This document shows, in pieces, positions 54,201-64,000 of a stretch of 64,000 bases of DNA. The stretch lies in NCBI RefSeq assembly GCF_009914755.1, contig NC_060926.1. One strand, given 5' to 3'. A program made the translations under genes and the position numbers. Source of the stretch: the human T2T-CHM13v2.0 reference genome, Homo sapiens. The notes beneath the pieces are model-generated. The model did not search any database. It was not told the DNA's origin and saw only the letters and a list, made by a program, of their open reading frames with translations. Positions within the stretch are counted from its first letter, which is position 1. The number at the start of each line of letters is the position of its first letter.

Positions 54201-57200
54201 TGGACATTTAGATCGCTTTGAGGCCTATGGTGAAATAGGAAATATCTTCGCACAAAAACTAGACGGATGCAGTCTCCAAAACTTGTTGGGAATGTGTGTA
54301 CTCAACTAACAGAGTTGAATCTTTCTTTTGATAGAGCAGTTTTGAAACACTCCTTTTGTAGGGTCTGCAAGTGGATATTTGGATAGCTTAGAGGATTTCG
54401 TTGGAAACGGAATATGTCCATACAAAACCTAGACAGAAGCATTCTCAGAAAAATCTCTGTGAGGATTGCATTCAAGTCCCAGTGTTGAACATTCCCTTTC
54501 ATAAAGCAGGTGTGAACACAAGATTTTGTAGTATATGGAACTGGACATTTGGAGTGCTTTGTGACCTATTGTGAAAAAGGAAATATCTTCCCATATAAAC
54601 TAGGCAGAAGCATTCTCATAAAGCAGTTTGTGATCTGTGTACTCAACTAACAGGGTTGAACCTTTCTTTTGAGAGAGCACTCTTGAAACACTCTTTTTGT
54701 AGACTCTGCAATGGGATATTTGGAAAGCTTTGAGGATTTCGTTGGAAACAGGATATCTTCATATAAAATCTCGACAGAAGCATCCTCAGAAACATCTTTG
54801 GGATGTTTGCATTCAAGTCACAGAGTTGAACATTCCCTATCATGGAGCAGGTTTGAAACACTCTTTTTGTGAAATCTGGAAGTGGACATTTCGATCGCAT
54901 TGAGGCTTACGGTGAAAAAGGGAATATCTTCGAATAAAAACTAGACAGAAGCATTCTCATAAACTAGTTTGTGATGTGTGTGCTTAACTAACAGAGCTGA
55001 ACCTTTCTTTTCATAGAGCGGTTTTGAAACACTCTTTTTGTAGAATCTGCATGTGGATATTTAGAAAGCTTTGAGGATTTCGTTGGAAACGGGAAAATCT
55101 TCACATAAAATCTAGACAGAAGCATTCTCAGAAACGTCTTTGGGGTGCTAACATTCAAGTCACAGAGTTGAACGTTCCTTTTCATAGAGGAGGTTTCAAA
55201 CACTCTTTTTGTGGAATCTGGAAGTGGACATTTGGATCGCTTTGAGGCCTGTGGTGAAAAAGGTATTTCTTCGCATAAAAACTAGACAGAAGTATTCTCA
55301 TGAACTAGTTTGTGATGTGTGTGCTCAACTACCACAGTTGAACCTTTCTTTTGATAGAGCAGTTTTTAAACACTCTTTTTGTGTAATTTGCATGTGGATA
55401 TTAGGACAGCTTTGAGGATTTCGTTGGAAACGGGAAAATCTTCATATGAAATCGAGACACAAGCATTCTCAGAAACCTCTTTGGGATGTTAGCGTTCGAG
55501 TCACAGAGTTGATCACTCCCTTTCATAGAGCAAGTTTGAAGCACTCTTTTTGTAGTTTCTGGAATTGAACGTTTTGATCGCTTTGAGGCGTAAGGTGAAA
55601 AAGGAAATATCTTGACACAAAAAATACACAGAAGCCTTCTCAGAAACTACGTTGTGATGTGTTTACTCAACTAACAGAGCTGAACCTTTCTTTTGATAGA
55701 GCAGTTTTGAAACACTCTTTTTGGAGAATCGGCAGTTGGATATTTGGATAGCTTTGAGGATTTCCTTGGAAAAGGGAACATCTTCATATAAAATCTAGAC
55801 AGAAGCCTTCGCAGAAACACCTTTGTGATGTTTGCATTGAAGTCAGAGAGTTGTACATTCCCTTTCATAGAGCAGCTTTGAAACACTCTTTTTGTAGTAT
55901 CTGGAGATGGACATTTAGATCGCTTTGAGGCCTATGGTGAAATAGGAAATATCTTCGCATAAAAACTAGACGGAAGCACTCTCCAAAACTTCCTTGGAAT
56001 GTGTGTTCTCAACTAACAGATTTGAGTCTTTCTTTTGATAGAGCAGTTTTGAAACACTCTTTTTGTAGAGTCTGCAAGTCGATATTTGGATAGCTTAGAG
56101 GATTTCGTTGGAAACGGAATATGTCCATAGAAAACCTAGACAGAAGCATTCTCAGAAAAATCTCTGTGAGGATTGCATTCAAGTCCCAGGGTTGAACATT
56201 CCCTTTCATAAAGCATGCGTGAACACAAGATTTTGTAGTATATGGAACTGGACATTTGGAGTGCTTTGTGACCTATTGTGAAAAAGGAAATATCTTCCCA
56301 TATAAACTAGGCAGAAGCATTCTCAGAAAACAGTTTGTGATGTGTGTACTCAACTAACAGGGTTGAACCTTTCTTTTGAGAGAGCACTCTTGAAACACTC
56401 TTTGTAGACTCTGCAAGGCGATATTTTGACAGCTTTGAAGATTTCGTTGGAAACGGGATATCTTCATATAAAATCTCGACAGAAGCATCCTCAGAAACAT
56501 CTTTGGGATGTTTGCATTCAAGTCACAGAGTTGAACATTCCCTTTCATGGAGCAGGTTTGAAACACTCTTTTTGTGGAATCTGGAAGTGGACACTTGGAT
56601 CGCATTGAGGCCTACGGTGAAAAAGGGAATATCTTCGAATAAAAACTATACAGAAGCATTCTCATAAACTAGTTTGTGATGTGTGTGCTTAACTAACAGT
56701 GCTGAACCTTTCTTTTCATAGAGCGGTTTTGAAACACTCTTTTTGTAGAATCTGCATGTGGATATTTGGAAAGCTTTGAGGATTTCGTTGGAAACGGGAA
56801 TATCTTCACATAAAATCTAGACAGAAGCATTCTCAGAAACGTCTTTGGGGTGTTAGCATTCAAGTCACAGAGTTGAACGTTCCTTTTCATAGAGCAGGTT
56901 TGAAACACTCTTTTTGTGGAATCTGGAAGTGGACATTTGGATCGCTTTGAGGCCTGCGGTGAAAAAGGTATATCTTCGCATAAAAACTAGACAGAAGTAT
57001 TCTCATTAACTAGTCTGTGATGTGTGTGCTCAACTACCAGAGTTGAACCTTTCTTTTGATAGAGCAGTTTTGAAAAACTCTTTTTCTAGAATTTGCATGT
57101 GGATATTTGGACAGCTTAGAGGATTTCGTTGGAAACGGGAAAATCTTCATATGAAATCGAGACACAAGCATTCTCAGAAACGTCTTTGGGATGTTAGCGT

Positions 57201-60200
57201 TCGAGGCACAGAGTTGATCACTCCCTTTCATAGAGCAGCTTTGAAGCACTCTTTTTGTAGTATCTGGAAGTGGACGTTTTGATCGCTTTGAGGCGTAAGG
57301 TGAAAAAGGAAATATCTTGCCACAAAAACTACACAGAAGCATTCTCGGACACTACGTTGTGATGTGTTTACTCAACTAACAGAGTTGAACCTTTCCTTTC
57401 ATAGAGCAGTTTTGAAACAGTCTTTTTGGAGAATCTGCAGGTGGATATTTGGATAGCTTTGAGGATTTCCTTGGAAAAGGGAATATCTTCATATAAAATC
57501 TAGACAGAAGCATTCGCAGAAACACCTTTGGGATGTTTGCATTGAAGTCAGAGAGTTGTACATTCCCTTTCATAGAGCAGCTTTGAAACACTCTTTTTGT
57601 AGTATGTGGAGATGGACATTTAGATCGCTTTGAGGCCTATGGTGAAATAGGAAATATCTTCGCATAAAAACTAGACGGAAGCAGTCTCCAAAACTGCTTG
57701 GAATGTGTGTACTCAACTAACAGAGTTGAATCTTTCTGTTGATAGAGCAGTTTTGAAACACTCTTTTTGTAGAGTCTGCAAGTGGATATTTGGATAGCTT
57801 AGAGGATTTCGTTGGAAACGGGAATATGTCCATACAAAACCTAGACAGAAGCATTCTCAGAAAAATCTCTGTGAGGATTGCATTCATGTCCCAGTGTTGA
57901 ACATTCCCTTTCATAAAGCAGGTGTGAACACAAGATTTTGTAGTATATGGAACTGGACATTTGGAGTGCCTTGTGACCTATTGTGAAAAAGGAAATATCT
58001 TCCCATATAAACTAGGCAGAAGCATTCTCAGAAACCAGATTGTGATGTGAGTACTCAACTAACAGGGTTGAACCTTTCTTTTGAGAGAGCACTCTTGAAA
58101 CACTCTTTTTGTAGACTCTGCAATGGGATATTTGGACAGCTTTGAGGATTTCGTTGGAAACGGGATATCTTCATATAAAATCTCGACAGAAGCATCCTCA
58201 GAAACATCTTTGGGATGTTTGCATTCAAGTCACAGAGTTGAACACTCCCTATCATGGAGCAGGTTTGAAAAACTCTTTTTGTAAAATCTGGAAGTGGACA
58301 TTTGGATCGCATTGAGGCTTACGGTGAAAAAGGGAATATCTTCGAATAAAAACTAGATAGAAGCATTATCATAAACTAGTTTGTGATGTGTGTGCTTAAC
58401 TAACAGAGCTGAACCTTTCTTTTCATAGAGCGGTTTTAAAACACTCTTTTTGTAGAATCTGCATGTGGATATTTGGAAAGCTTTGAGGATTTCGTTGGAA
58501 ACGGGAAAATCTTCACATAAAATCTAGACAGAAGCATTCTCAGAGAAGTCTTTGGGGTGCTAACATTCAAGTCACAGAGTTGAACGTTCCTTTTCATAGA
58601 GGAGGTTTCAAACACTCTTTTTGTGGAATCTGGAAGTGGACATTTGGATCGCTTTGAGGCCTGTGGTGAAAAAGGTATTTCTTCGCATAAAAACTAGACA
58701 GAAGTATTCTCATGAACTAGTTTGTGATGTGTGTGCTCAACTACCACAGTTGAACCTTTCTTTTGATAGAGCAGTTTTTAAACACTCTTTTTGTGTAATT
58801 TGCATGTGGATATTTGGACAGCTTTGAGGATTTCGTTGGAAACGGGAAAATCTTCATATGAAATCGAGACACAAGCATTCTCAGAAACCTCTTTGGGATG
58901 TTAGCGTTCGAGTCACACAGTTGATCACTCCCTTTCATAGAGCAGCTTTGAAGCACTCTGTTTGTAGTATCTGGAAGTGGACGTTTTGATCGCTTTGAGG
59001 CGTTAGATGAAAAAGGAAATATCTTGCCACAAAAACTACACAGAAGCATTCTCAGAAACTACGTTGTGATGTGTTTACTCAACTAACAGAGTTGAACCTT
59101 TCTTTTGATAGAGCAGTTTTGAAACACTCTTTTTGGAGAATCTGCAGGTGGATATTTGGATAGCTTTGAGGATTTCCTTGGAAAAGGGAATATCTTCATA
59201 TAAAATCTAGACAGAAGCCTTCGCAGAAACACCTTTGTGATGTTTGCATTGAAGTCAGAGAGTTGTACATTCCCTTTCATAGAGCAGCTTTCAAACACTC
59301 TTTTTGTAGTATCTGGAGATGGACATTTACATCGCTTTGAGGCCTATGGTGAAATAGGAAATCTCTTCGCATAAAAACTAGACGGAAGCAGTCTCCAAAA
59401 CTTGCTTGGAATGTGTGTACTCAACTAACAGAGTTGAATCTTTCTTTTGATAGAGCAGTTTTGAAACACTCTTTTTGTAGAGTCTACAAGTGGATATTTG
59501 GATAGCTTAGAGGATTTCGTTGGAAACGGGAATATGTCCATACAAAACCTAGACAGAAGCATTCTCAGAAAAATCTCTGTGAGGATTACATTCAAGTGCC
59601 AGTGTTGAACATTCCCTTTCATAAAGCAGGTGTGAACACAAGATTTTGTAGTATATGGAACTGGACATTTGGGGTGCTTTGTGACCTATGGTGAAAAAGG
59701 AAATATCTTCCCATATAAACTAGGCAGAAGCATTCTCAGAAACCGGTTTGTGATGTGTGTACTCAACTAACAGGGTTGAACCTATCTTTTGAGAGAGCAC
59801 TCTTGAAACACTCTTTTTGTAGACTCTGCAAGGGGATACGTTGACAGCTTTGAGGATTTCGTTGGAAACTGGAATATCTTCACATAATATCTAGACAGAA
59901 GCATTTTCAGAACCGTCTTTGGGGTGTCAGCATTCAAGTCACAGATTTGAACGTACCTTTTCATAGAGCAGGTTTGAAACATTCTTTCTGTGCAATCTGG
60001 AAGTGGACATGTGGATCGCATTGAGGCCTGCGGTGAAAAAGGTGTATCTTCGCATAAAAACTAGACAGAAGTATTCTCATGAACTAGTTTGTGATGTGTG
60101 TGCTCAACTACCAGAGTTGAACCTTTCTTTTGATACAGCAGTTTTTAAACACTCTTTTTGTGGAATTTGCATGTGGATATTTGGACAGCTTTGAGGATTT

Positions 60201-60410
60201 CGTTGGAAACGGGAATATCTTCATATGAAATCGAGACACAAGCATTCTCAGAAACCTCTTTGGGATGTTAGCGTTCGAGTCACAGAGTTGATCACTCCCT
60301 TTCATAGAGCAGGTTTGAAGCACTCTTTTTGTAGTATCTAGAAGTGGACGTTTTGATCGCTTTGAGGCGTAAGGTGAAAAAGGAAAAATCTTGCCTCAAA
60401 AACTACACAG
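51250..60410 (+). repeat. Homogeneous ~1.71-kb 10-mer alpha HOR
   Basis: The landmarks 'ctcgacagaagcatcctcag', 'ctacgttgtgatg' and 'gtgtgaacacaagatt' recur at ~1699-1708 bp spacing (for example ORF starts 52603/54302/56009/57717/59425). Confidence 0.92.
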
Positions 60411-63276
60411 AAGCATTCTCAGAAATTTATTTGTGATGTGCGCCCTCAACTAACAGTGTTGAACCTTTCTTTTGATAGAGCAGTTTTGAAACACTCTTTT
60501 TGTAAAATCTGCAAGAACATATTTGGACAGCTTTGAGGATTTCGTTGGAAACGGGATTGTCTTCATATAAACTCTAGACAGAAGCATTCTCAGAAACTTC
60601 ATTGGGATGTTTCTATTGAAGTCGCAGTGTTGAACAGTCCCTTTCATGGAGCAGGTTTGAAACACTCTTTTTGTAGTATCTGGAAGTGGACATTTGTAGC
60701 GCTTTCAGGGCTATGTTGAAAAAGGAAATATCTTCCCATAAAAACTAGACAGAAGCATTCTCTGAAACTAGTTTCTGAGTTGTGTCCTCAAATAACAGAG
60801 TTGAATATTTCTTTTGACAGAACAGTTTTTTAACACTCTTTTTGTGGAATCTGCAAGTGGATATTTTGCTGGCTTTGAGGATTTCGTTGGAAACGGGAAT
60901 ACATACAAAAAGCAGACAGCAGCGTTGTGAGAAACGTCTTTATGATGTTTGCATTCAAGTCACAGAGTTGAACGTTCCGTATCATAGAGCAGGTTGGAAA
61001 CACGCCTTTTGTCATATCTGGAAGTGTCCATTTGGAGTGCATTCAGGCTTGTGTTGAAAAAGGAAATACCTTCCCATAGAAACCAGACAGAAGCATTCTC
61101 AGAAACTTATTTGTGATGTGTGTACTCAACTAACAGAATTCAACAATCGTTTTGAAGGAGCAGTTTTGAAACACTCTTTTTGTGGAATCTGCAAGTGCAT
61201 ATTTAGCTAGATTTGAGGATTTCGTTGGAAACGGGATTACATATAAAAAGCAGGCCGCAGCATTCTCAGAAACTTCTTTGTGATGTTTGCATTCAAGTCA
61301 CAGAGTTGAACATTCCCTTTCATAGAGCAGGATTGAAAAACTCTTTTTGTAGAATCTGGATGTGGACATTTGGAGCGCTTTCAGGCCTATGGTGAAAAAG
61401 GAAATATCTTCCCCTGAAAACTAGACAGAAGCATTCTCAGAAACTTATTTGTGATGTGTGCCCTCAACTAACAATGTTGAACCTTTCTTTTGATAGAGCA
61501 GTTTTGAAACACTATTTTGTTAAATCTGCAAGAGGATATTTGGATAGCTTTGAGGATTTCGTTGGAAACGGGATTGTCTTCATATAAACTCTAGACAGAA
61601 GCATTCTCAGAAATTTCTTTGGGATGTTTCAATTGAAGTCACAGTGTTGAACATTCCCTTTGTTAGAGCAGGTTTGAAACACTCTTCTTGTAGTATCTGG
61701 AAGTGGACATTTGGAGCGCTCTCAGGACTACCGTGAAAAAGGAAATATCTTCCAATGAAAGCTAGATAGAAGCAATGTCAGAAACTTTTTTATGATGTAT
61801 CTGCTCAGCTAACAGAGTTGAACCTTTCTTTTGAGAGAGCAGCTTTGAAGCACTCTTTTTGTGGAATATGCAAGTGGATATTTGTCTAGCTTTGAGGATT
61901 TCGTTGGAAACGGGATTACATATAAAAAGCAGACAGCAGCATTCCCAGAAACTTCTTTGTGATGTTTGCATTCAAGTCACAGAGTTGAACATTCCCTTTC
62001 ATAGAGCAGGTTTGAAACACTCTTTTTGTAGTATCTGGATGTGGACATTTGGAGCGCTTTCAGGCCTATGGTGAAAAAGGAAATATCTTCCCCTGAAAAC
62101 TAGACAGAAGCATTCTCAGAAACTTATTTTGATGTGCGCCCTCAAGTAACAGTGTTGAACATTTCTTTTGATAGAGCAGTTTTGAAACACTCTTTTTGTA
62201 GAATCTGCAAGTGGATATTTGGATAGCCTAGAGGATTTCGTTGGAAACGGGAATATGTCCATACAAAACCTAGACAGAAGCATTCTCAGAAAAATCTCTG
62301 TGAGGATTGCATTCAAGTCCCAGTGTTGAACATTCCCTTTCATAAAGCAGGTGTGAACACAAGATTTTGTAGTATATGGTACTGGACATTTGGAGTGCTT
62401 TGTGACCTATTGTGAAAAAGGAAATATCTTCCCATATAAACTAGGAAGAAGCATTCTCAGAAACCAGTTTGTGATGTGCGTACTCAACTAACAGGGTTGA
62501 ACCTTTCTTTTGAGAGAGCATGCTTGAAAAACTCTTTTTGTAGACTCTGCAAGGGGATATTTGGACAGCTTTGAGGATTTCGTTGGAAACGGGATATCTT
62601 CATATAAAATCTCGACAGAAGCATCCTCAGAAACATCCTTGGGATGTTTGCATGCAAGTCACAGAGTTGAACTTTCCCTTTCATGGAGCAGGTTTGAAAC
62701 ACTCTTTTTGTGGAATCTGGAAGTGGATATTTGGATCGCATTGAGGCCTACGGTGAAAAAGGGAATATCTTCGAATAAAAACTAGACAGAAACATTCTCA
62801 TAAACTACTTTGTGATGTGTGTGGTTAACTAACAGAGCTGAACCTTTCTTTTCATAGAGCGGTTTGGAAACACTCTTTTTGTACAATCTGCCTGTGGATA
62901 TTTGGAAAGCTTTGAGGATTTCTTTGGAAACGGGAATATCTTCACATAAAATCTAGACAGAAGCATTCTCAGAAACGTCTTTGGGGTGTTAGCATTCAAG
63001 TCACAGAGTTGAACGTTCCTTTTCATAGAGCAGGTTTGAAACACTCTTTTTGTGGAATCTGGAAGTGGACATTTGGATCGCTTTGAGGCCTGCGGAGAAA
63101 AAGGTATACCTTCGCATAAAAGCTAGACAGAATTATTCTCACGAACTAGCTTGTGATGAGTGTGCTCAACTACCAGAGTTGAACCTTTCTTTTGATAGAG
63201 CAGTTTTGAAACACTCTTTTTGTAGAATTTGCATGTGGCTATTTGGACACCTTTGAGGATTTCGTTGGAAACGGGA
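52693..63276 (+). promoter_or_regulatory. Zone of intact CENP-B boxes (~22 by eye)
   Basis: TTTCGTTGGAAACGGGA at ~52693, 53035, 53717, 55078, 55419, 56442, 56783, 57124, 57807, 58149, 58490, 58831, 59515, 60198, 60540, 60882, 61220, 61557, 61897, 62236, 62578 and 63260. Confidence 0.88.
60410..62200 (+). repeat. Block of a different SF2 HOR family (D2Z1/D18Z1/D20Z2-like monomers)
   Basis: Motifs absent elsewhere in the window: 'gtgcgccctcaactaacagtg', 'cgggattgtcttcatataaactct', 'cgggattacatataaaaagcagacagcagc' and 'gctagatagaagcaatgtcag'. The family name is from recall. Confidence 0.8.
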
Positions 63277-64000
63277 AAATCTTCATATGAAATCGAGACA
63301 CAAGCATTCTCAGAAACCTCTTTGGGATGTCAGCGTTCAAGTCACACAGTTGATCCCTCCTTTCATAGAGCAGGTTTGAAGCACTCTTTTTGTAGTATCT
63401 GGAAGTGGACGTTTTGATTGCTTTGAGGCGTAAGGTGAAAAAGGAAATATCTTGCCACAAAAACTACACAGAAGCATTCTCAGAAACTACGTTGTGATGT
63501 GTTTACTCAATTAACAGAGTTGAACCTTTCTTTTGATAGAGCAGTTTTGAAACACTCTTTTTGGAGAATATGCCGGTGGATATTGGGATAGCTTTGTGGT
63601 TTTCCGTGGAAAAGGGAATATCTTCATATAAAATCTAGACAGAAGCATTCGCAGAAACACCTTTGCGATGTTTACATTGAAGTCAGAGAGTTCTACATTC
63701 CCTTACATAGAGCAGCTTTGAAACACTCTTTTTGTAGTATCTGGAGATGGACATTTAGATCGCTTTGAGGCCTATGGTGAAATAGGAAAATCTTCGCATA
63801 AAAACTAGATTGAAGCAGTCTCCAAAACTTGCTTGGAATGTGTGTACTCAACTAACAGAGTTGAATCTTTCTTTTGATAGAGCAGTTTTGAAACACTCTT
63901 TTTGTAGAGTCTGCAAGTGGATATTTGGATAGCTTAGAGGATTTTGCTGGAAACGGGAATATGTCCATACAAAACCTAGACAGAAGCATTCTCAGAAAAA
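62200..64000 (+). repeat. Resumed 10-mer alpha HOR
   Basis: 'atatgtccatacaaaacc', 'ctcgacagaagcatcctcag' and 'ctacgttgtgatg' return in the earlier order. Confidence 0.9.

Larger units (their letters stand above)
41396..64000 (+). repeat. Alpha satellite array, dimeric A/B (SF2-like), runs off the window end
   Basis: ~171-bp period of 'ctagacagaagcattctcagaaac' and 'gagcagttttgaaacactctttttgtagaatctgc'. 'ggtgaaaaaggaaatatcttc' (pJalpha/A box) alternates with 'tttcgttggaaacggga' (CENP-B/B box). Confidence 0.98.

Noticed and set aside
41292-63460. Recurrent 60-115 aa ORFs (MKGNVQLCDLNANI...)
   Set aside because: Alpha-satellite read-through. They are useful only as markers of HOR period.
1-64000. 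A novel gene-based biological system, or a definite chromosome assignment
   Set aside because: Most of the window is explained by known repeat classes, and the unique DNA shows no recognisable gene. The 2p11.1 placement rests on recalled motifs and needs alignment to T2T-CHM13.

Overview
Primate (very probably human) pericentromeric transition DNA with no credible protein-coding or RNA gene. It has three domains. (1) 1-~11,960: AT-rich non-satellite DNA with old L1M, Alu, MaLR and MER21-like LTR relics, a GA-rich tract and a 1.3-kb GC-rich GGCTTTTTGCCCC/GGGCAAAAAGCC repeat typical of hominoid pericentromeric duplications. (2) ~11,960-41,399: a 29.4-kb diverged HSat2 (CATTCGATTC/GATGAT) array on one strand. 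(3) ~41,396-64,000: 171-bp alpha satellite with alternating pJalpha-box and CENP-B-box monomers (SF2-like dimers). The alpha array goes from diverged dimers, through a diverged ~1.71-kb 10-mer HOR, into a homogeneous 10-mer HOR. It carries a 5'-truncated young L1 with a 13-bp TSD and a ~1.75-kb block of a different HOR family (D2Z1/D18Z1/D20Z2-like). The layout recalls human 2p11.1, but that is an unverified inference. Most listed ORFs are repeat read-through, and none of the rest is a recognisable gene. I see no convincing new biological system. The best signals are structural: a sharp step in CENP-B box integrity, HOR mixing and register shifts, an L1 that could date the layer, and a microhomology at the satellite junction. 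Coordinates and counts were read by eye and are approximate.
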